From Polyangiaceae bacterium (GTDB lineage Bacteria; Myxococcota_A; Polyangia; Polyangiales; Polyangiaceae), in the NCBI GenBank assembly GCA_044376115.1, contig JBILLK010000006.1, positions 352,001-416,000 of the forward strand: 64,000 nucleotides of DNA, read 5' to 3'. Shown one piece after another: positions 60,411 through 64,000 of this stretch; the first letter of the stretch is position 1; each line of letters begins with the position of its first letter. Position numbers and translations under genes: made by a program. The notes beneath the pieces are model-generated. The model was given only the letters and a program-made list of their open reading frames with translations. It searched no databases and was not told where the DNA came from.

Positions 60411-61457
60411 ATGGACGTCGCGCTGGTGCTTACCCACGCCTGCAATCTTGCGTGCAGCTACTGCTTCGCGGGAGAGAAGAAGCGCGTGCGGATGCCGCTC
60501 GAGCTGGCTGAACGTGCTCTCGATTTTGCTTTTGTGCAGGCCAGCACACAGGCGTCCCCGGCTCTCACCATCGAGTTTTTCGGAGGCGAGCCGCTGCTCG
60601 AATGGGAGCTCGTGCGCAACCTGGCCGCGCAGGCACGGGCGCGCGCTGAGGCCGAGCATCGGCCGCTCGCGTTGCAGCTCACCACCAACGGCACGCTGCT
60701 CGACGCCGAGCGGCTCGCGGTGTTGCAAGAGCTACGCGTGCAGCTCGCGCTCAGCCTCGACGGCAGCGCCGCCGCGCATGATCGAGGACGGCCGCTCGCT
60801 GGCGGTGGCTCCTCGTCGCCGGCGGTCTTTCGCGCACTTTCGCTGCTGCTCGAAGCGGAGCAACCGTTCGACGTGATCAGCGTGGTGACGCCGGAGAACG
60901 TTTCGGAGCTCAGCCTGGGTGTGCGTGACTTGCTCGATCGCGGGGTGTCGCGGCTGACGCTCAATCCGCATTTCGGCGGGGATTGGACGGCGGAGAAGCG
61001 CTTGCTGGCGGAGCAGCAGTATGAAGCCGTTGCGGCGCTGGTCCTGGCCTGGTTTCGCAGGGGGCGCGCTGTCGTGGTGCAGCCGTTCGACTCGGCGATC
61101 CTCACGCTCGCGAGCGGCGCTGTAGCGAGCTGCGCAGCCGGAGAACGAAGCTTCGCGGTGGCACCCTCGGGGCGCATCTACGGCTGTGCTCGTTCGGTGG
61201 GCGAGGACACAGGCGCACGGGCGATTGGCGATCTCGAACGAGGGGTGCGCGGCTGCTCGCAACGTACTTCCGCGTGCGCCTGCGCCTGCGCCGAAGAGAC
61301 CGGCGATGCCGAGTTGGTAGGGCCGGTGCAAGCGTGGCATTCGGCGCTGGTAGCGGGCCTCGCGGCGCGCATCGTGCGAGCGCTCAGGCTCGACGCGGAG
61401 GGTGAAGCCTTCTACGGTGCTACCTTCCTTCCGAAAGCGAGCAGGTCGTCCGCATGA
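60411..61457 (+). CDS. Radical SAM enzyme with shortened SPASM/Twitch-like C-terminus
   Basis: CNLACSYC, FFGGEPLL, TTNGTLL, SLDG..HD..R, C..G..V.P.G.IYGC, CS..SACACAC. Confidence 0.88.
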   Translation: MDVALVLTHACNLACSYCFAGEKKRVRMPLELAERALDFAFVQASTQASPALTIEFFGGEPLLEWELVRNLAAQARARAEAEHRPLALQLTTNGTLLDAERLAVLQELRVQLALSLDGSAAAHDRGRPLAGGGSSSPAVFRALSLLLEAEQPFDVISVVTPENVSELSLGVRDLLDRGVSRLTLNPHFGGDWTAEKRLLAEQQYEAVAALVLAWFRRGRAVVVQPFDSAILTLASGAVASCAAGERSFAVAPSGRIYGCARSVGEDTGARAIGDLERGVRGCSQRTSACACACAEETGDAELVGPVQAWHSALVAGLAARIVRALRLDAEGEAFYGATFLPKASRSSA

Positions 61458-61900
61458 GCATGAGCAAGCGTTTTCTCCCCGTCGTGCTCGGTGTTTCCAG
61501 CCTCGCCGGCTGCTCCGATTCGGCGAAAAAGACCGACGACGTGGCCAGCTCGAGCGCGAAGTCGGGCGGCTCGGCGAAGGCCAGCTCTTCGGTGACCTCG
61601 CCGAATACGCAACCCAGCGTGCTCAAGCGCACCGACCCAATCCCGGAACGGCTCGGTGGAGCGGCGATGCCGGTACCGCGACCGCAGCCCTCGCTCTCGG
61701 TGGCGCCGCCGGCTCCTGCTCCTGCTCGTGCGAACGGCGCCGCTGCCGCTGAGGCGGCTGCACCCGGGGCCGCAGCTGCGCCCGCGCCCGCCGCGCCCGC
61801 CGCGGTAACCGAGCTCGCGCTGGTGCATAACCACCCCAAAGACCAGCCTTGTCAGCCGCTGTCCGAGGCTGAGATCAAGCGCGCTTTCGGCGATCTTTAG
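61454..61900 (+). CDS. Low-complexity lipoprotein translationally coupled to the radical SAM gene
   Basis: ATGA overlap, LAGC lipobox, Ser/Ala/Pro-rich. Confidence 0.7.
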   Translation: MSMSKRFLPVVLGVSSLAGCSDSAKKTDDVASSSAKSGGSAKASSSVTSPNTQPSVLKRTDPIPERLGGAAMPVPRPQPSLSVAPPAPAPARANGAAAAEAAAPGAAAAPAPAAPAAVTELALVHNHPKDQPCQPLSEAEIKRAFGDL

Positions 61901-61936
61901 CAACAACGGGCTGCGACGCCGACGTATCGTCGGCGC

Positions 61937-62896
61937 ATGAAGTTCAGCGTTGGTGCTCTCGCCTTGCCGACCGTGATCTTGCTCGCTTGCGGCGGTGAAA
62001 ATTCGAGTTCGTCCTCGTCGTCAGCGAAGTCGTCCGCGGCGCCCGCCGCCTCGAGCGCTGCGGCCAAGCCGCAAGCCGCTCCTAATCCGCAAAGCAAGCT
62101 GGTGGCGACGTTGGATGGCAAGCCGGTCTCGATGGTGACCGCGCTCGCCTTTCCGGAGTCGGGGGGGCGCACGACGATCGAGGTCTCGTCGGTTCCGCTT
62201 TCATGCGCTGACTATTCCGGGAATGGCCGCATGTTGGCCAAGGACGAGGTCAACTTCAGTTTCAGCGTTGGCGAGTTCCTTCACGACGACGGCAAGTTTG
62301 GTCCAGCGCTGCGCTCTTCCTACTTCAGCGGGATGAACCAAATGTTGACGACCCCGGTGAAGAGCTCAGGCTCTACGGCGGAGGGCGGGACCTTCTCGGT
62401 CGAGCTGGACTTCAGTACGCAATCGGTGGGCGATAACAAGCAGACGCTGGCGGTCAAGGGCACGGTCGAGGCCAAGGCTTGTCCGGCAAAGAAGGTAACG
62501 GGCGAGCCGCCGAAGTTGCCCGCGGCGATGCCTGCGACGCTCGAGATCGGCGGTAAGAGTCTGCCGATTCGCTCGGCCGGAATCGAGAAGGACGGGGACC
62601 GTATCAAGCTCATCCTCTCGACCGGTGGGGATGCCTGCCCGAAGGCCAGCAACGTGGTGCGCGGCGAGCTGACCAGCACGGTCATCTTCGAGGCCAACGA
62701 GGAGGCGAAGCTCCGGGAGCTACGCATCTGGGGCGAGATCGCGCCACAAGCGCTCGACCAAACGGTGGACGCGAAGAAGGTGGTGGTGACGCCGAAGCTT
62801 GCCGGCGCTGGTAGCTATGAGCTCGCGATCGACGAAGAGGTGGTCAAGTTCAACGTGAAGGCGAAGGGTAAAGTGGAAGCGGTGCTTTGTGAGTAA
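61937..62896 (+). CDS. Hypothetical lipoprotein with internal duplication
   Basis: LLAC lipobox and two similar halves, each ending (V/A)KG(T/K)VEA..C. Confidence 0.7.
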   Translation: MKFSVGALALPTVILLACGGENSSSSSSSAKSSAAPAASSAAAKPQAAPNPQSKLVATLDGKPVSMVTALAFPESGGRTTIEVSSVPLSCADYSGNGRMLAKDEVNFSFSVGEFLHDDGKFGPALRSSYFSGMNQMLTTPVKSSGSTAEGGTFSVELDFSTQSVGDNKQTLAVKGTVEAKACPAKKVTGEPPKLPAAMPATLEIGGKSLPIRSAGIEKDGDRIKLILSTGGDACPKASNVVRGELTSTVIFEANEEAKLRELRIWGEIAPQALDQTVDAKKVVVTPKLAGAGSYELAIDEEVVKFNVKAKGKVEAVLCE

Positions 62897-62953
62897 GCCG
62901 TAGTTGGCGCGGCTCCTGCAGACCGCTGCTTGTCCCCTCAAGGAGTCCTTCCC

Positions 62954-64000
62954 ATGTCCAGCCTCGTTCGTCCGCTTTGGTTCGTCGCTTCGCTCGCTAC
63001 GTTCGGCCTTAACGCGGCCTGCGGAGATTCCGCGGGTTCGGGCGGTTCGGGTGGCGACGGAGGCTCGGGCGGGGAGGGCGGCTCCGGCGGTGGGCAAGCG
63101 CAGTCGCTGGGGATCAACGAGGTTTCGGTGCTGTTTCCGCTGCCCGAGCAGCCGGATTCAACGGCGGTGCTTCGGCTTTCGAGCGAGGCGCTCGGTGGCC
63201 CGCTGCTTTCGGAAGAGCGGTTTGCGAACATCCCGGTCTTCGCCGACCCCAGCGATCAGACCGGCTACGACAATTGGATCATCGTCGCGGCACGAATCGA
63301 CCCATGCTTCCCGGCGCTCGAGTTGATGAGCACCGATCCGGCCAAGTGCCGGCGGCAGATCCGTCTGATCGCCCAGCCGATCACGGTCGAGACGGTGGTC
63401 AATGAGACCCGCGCGCGGGACCACGGCATCCACCTCTTGTTCGACCTTTCGGAAGCTGAGTTCGCTGCGGCGCTCGCCGATTGGCGTGCGCTCGGCGCGG
63501 CCAACGCGGCAGCTTCGGATGCGCCGCTGGGCGTGAACCCAACCATGGTCGAGCAAGGGCTCGAGGGCGAGTTCGCCACGGCCTTCCGCGCGCTTCTGGT
63601 CGAACACGTTGGCCCGGATCGGCTATCGCAGCTGACCTTCATGCAAGGCCGCGGCGTGGCGTGGGAGTTCGGCGGCTTCATGGTCGAGGGCGGCGCCTTT
63701 ACGCCGATTCAGATCCACGGGATCGACCCGAACGCAGAAGGCGAGGGGCTGGCACAGACCTTCGGCACGCTCTCGAGTTCAGCGCCGTTCAACGTGACGC
63801 CGCCGTCGCTCGAGAGCGATGGGCTGATGGCGCTCTCCGGCGAGATCGACGGGAAATTCGGCCCGCTGGTGCTGACCGCGAGCGACGCCGAGATCGACCA
63901 GGCGTTGCAGCTTTCGCTCGACGTCGAGCACCCGGCCAAGTTCAACCCCGATACGCTTGATTGTGCGACTTGCCACTTTGCCGGTCGCGCTCGCGAACGA
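62954..64000 (+). CDS. Lipoprotein with CxxCH heme-c motif (3' end runs off the window)
   Basis: Not in the ORF track. AAGGAG then ATG; MSSLVRP..NAACGD, Gly linker, NEVSVLFPLP, ARIDPCFP, QIRLIAQP, and DCATCH near 63960. Confidence 0.75.
   Translation, partial: MSSLVRPLWFVASLATFGLNAACGDSAGSGGSGGDGGSGGEGGSGGGQAQSLGINEVSVLFPLPEQPDSTAVLRLSSEALGGPLLSEERFANIPVFADPSDQTGYDNWIIVAARIDPCFPALELMSTDPAKCRRQIRLIAQPITVETVVNETRARDHGIHLLFDLSEAEFAAALADWRALGAANAAASDAPLGVNPTMVEQGLEGEFATAFRALLVEHVGPDRLSQLTFMQGRGVAWEFGGFMVEGGAFTPIQIHGIDPNAEGEGLAQTFGTLSSSAPFNVTPPSLESDGLMALSGEIDGKFGPLVLTASDAEIDQALQLSLDVEHPAKFNPDTLDCATCHFAGRARER

Noticed and set aside
61870..61900. C-terminal GDL suggesting a Y-X10-GDL radical SAM substrate
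   Set aside because: No Tyr at the required position, a single copy only, and the protein is a lipoprotein rather than a short peptide.

Overview
GC-rich chromosomal window from a myxobacterium, most likely Polyangiales/Sorangiineae-like. This is inferred from two MYXO-CTERM-type surface proteins, CDGxDNDCDG Cys repeats, a eukaryote-type Ser/Thr kinase and more than 20 lipoproteins with Gly/Ser/Pro-rich linkers. I found no rRNA, tRNA, CRISPR array, transposase or prophage. Recognisable systems: (1) a family 2A (SrpI-type) encapsulin shell gene overlapping a cysteine desulfurase cargo with a long disordered N-terminus; (2) two tandem NosP/FIST genes with a PAS histidine kinase; (3) feoA-feoB with a Fur-like box, divergent from a Tat-exported HiPIP; (4) a second EF-G paralog behind a long, structured leader; (5) a rhodanese-XRE-cupin fusion regulator; (6) a cytochrome c-fused copper monooxygenase back-to-back with a globin-coupled chemoreceptor; (7) a radical SAM enzyme coupled to a lipoprotein. 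The most novel observation is a 58-aa ORF absent from the ORF track (24257-24433, minus strand). It lies between the two nosP genes and is a free-standing copy of the kinase's N-terminal helix, so it is a candidate NosP-binding decoy or modulator. All family assignments come from motif recognition by eye, not database searches, and several start codons are my best estimate.
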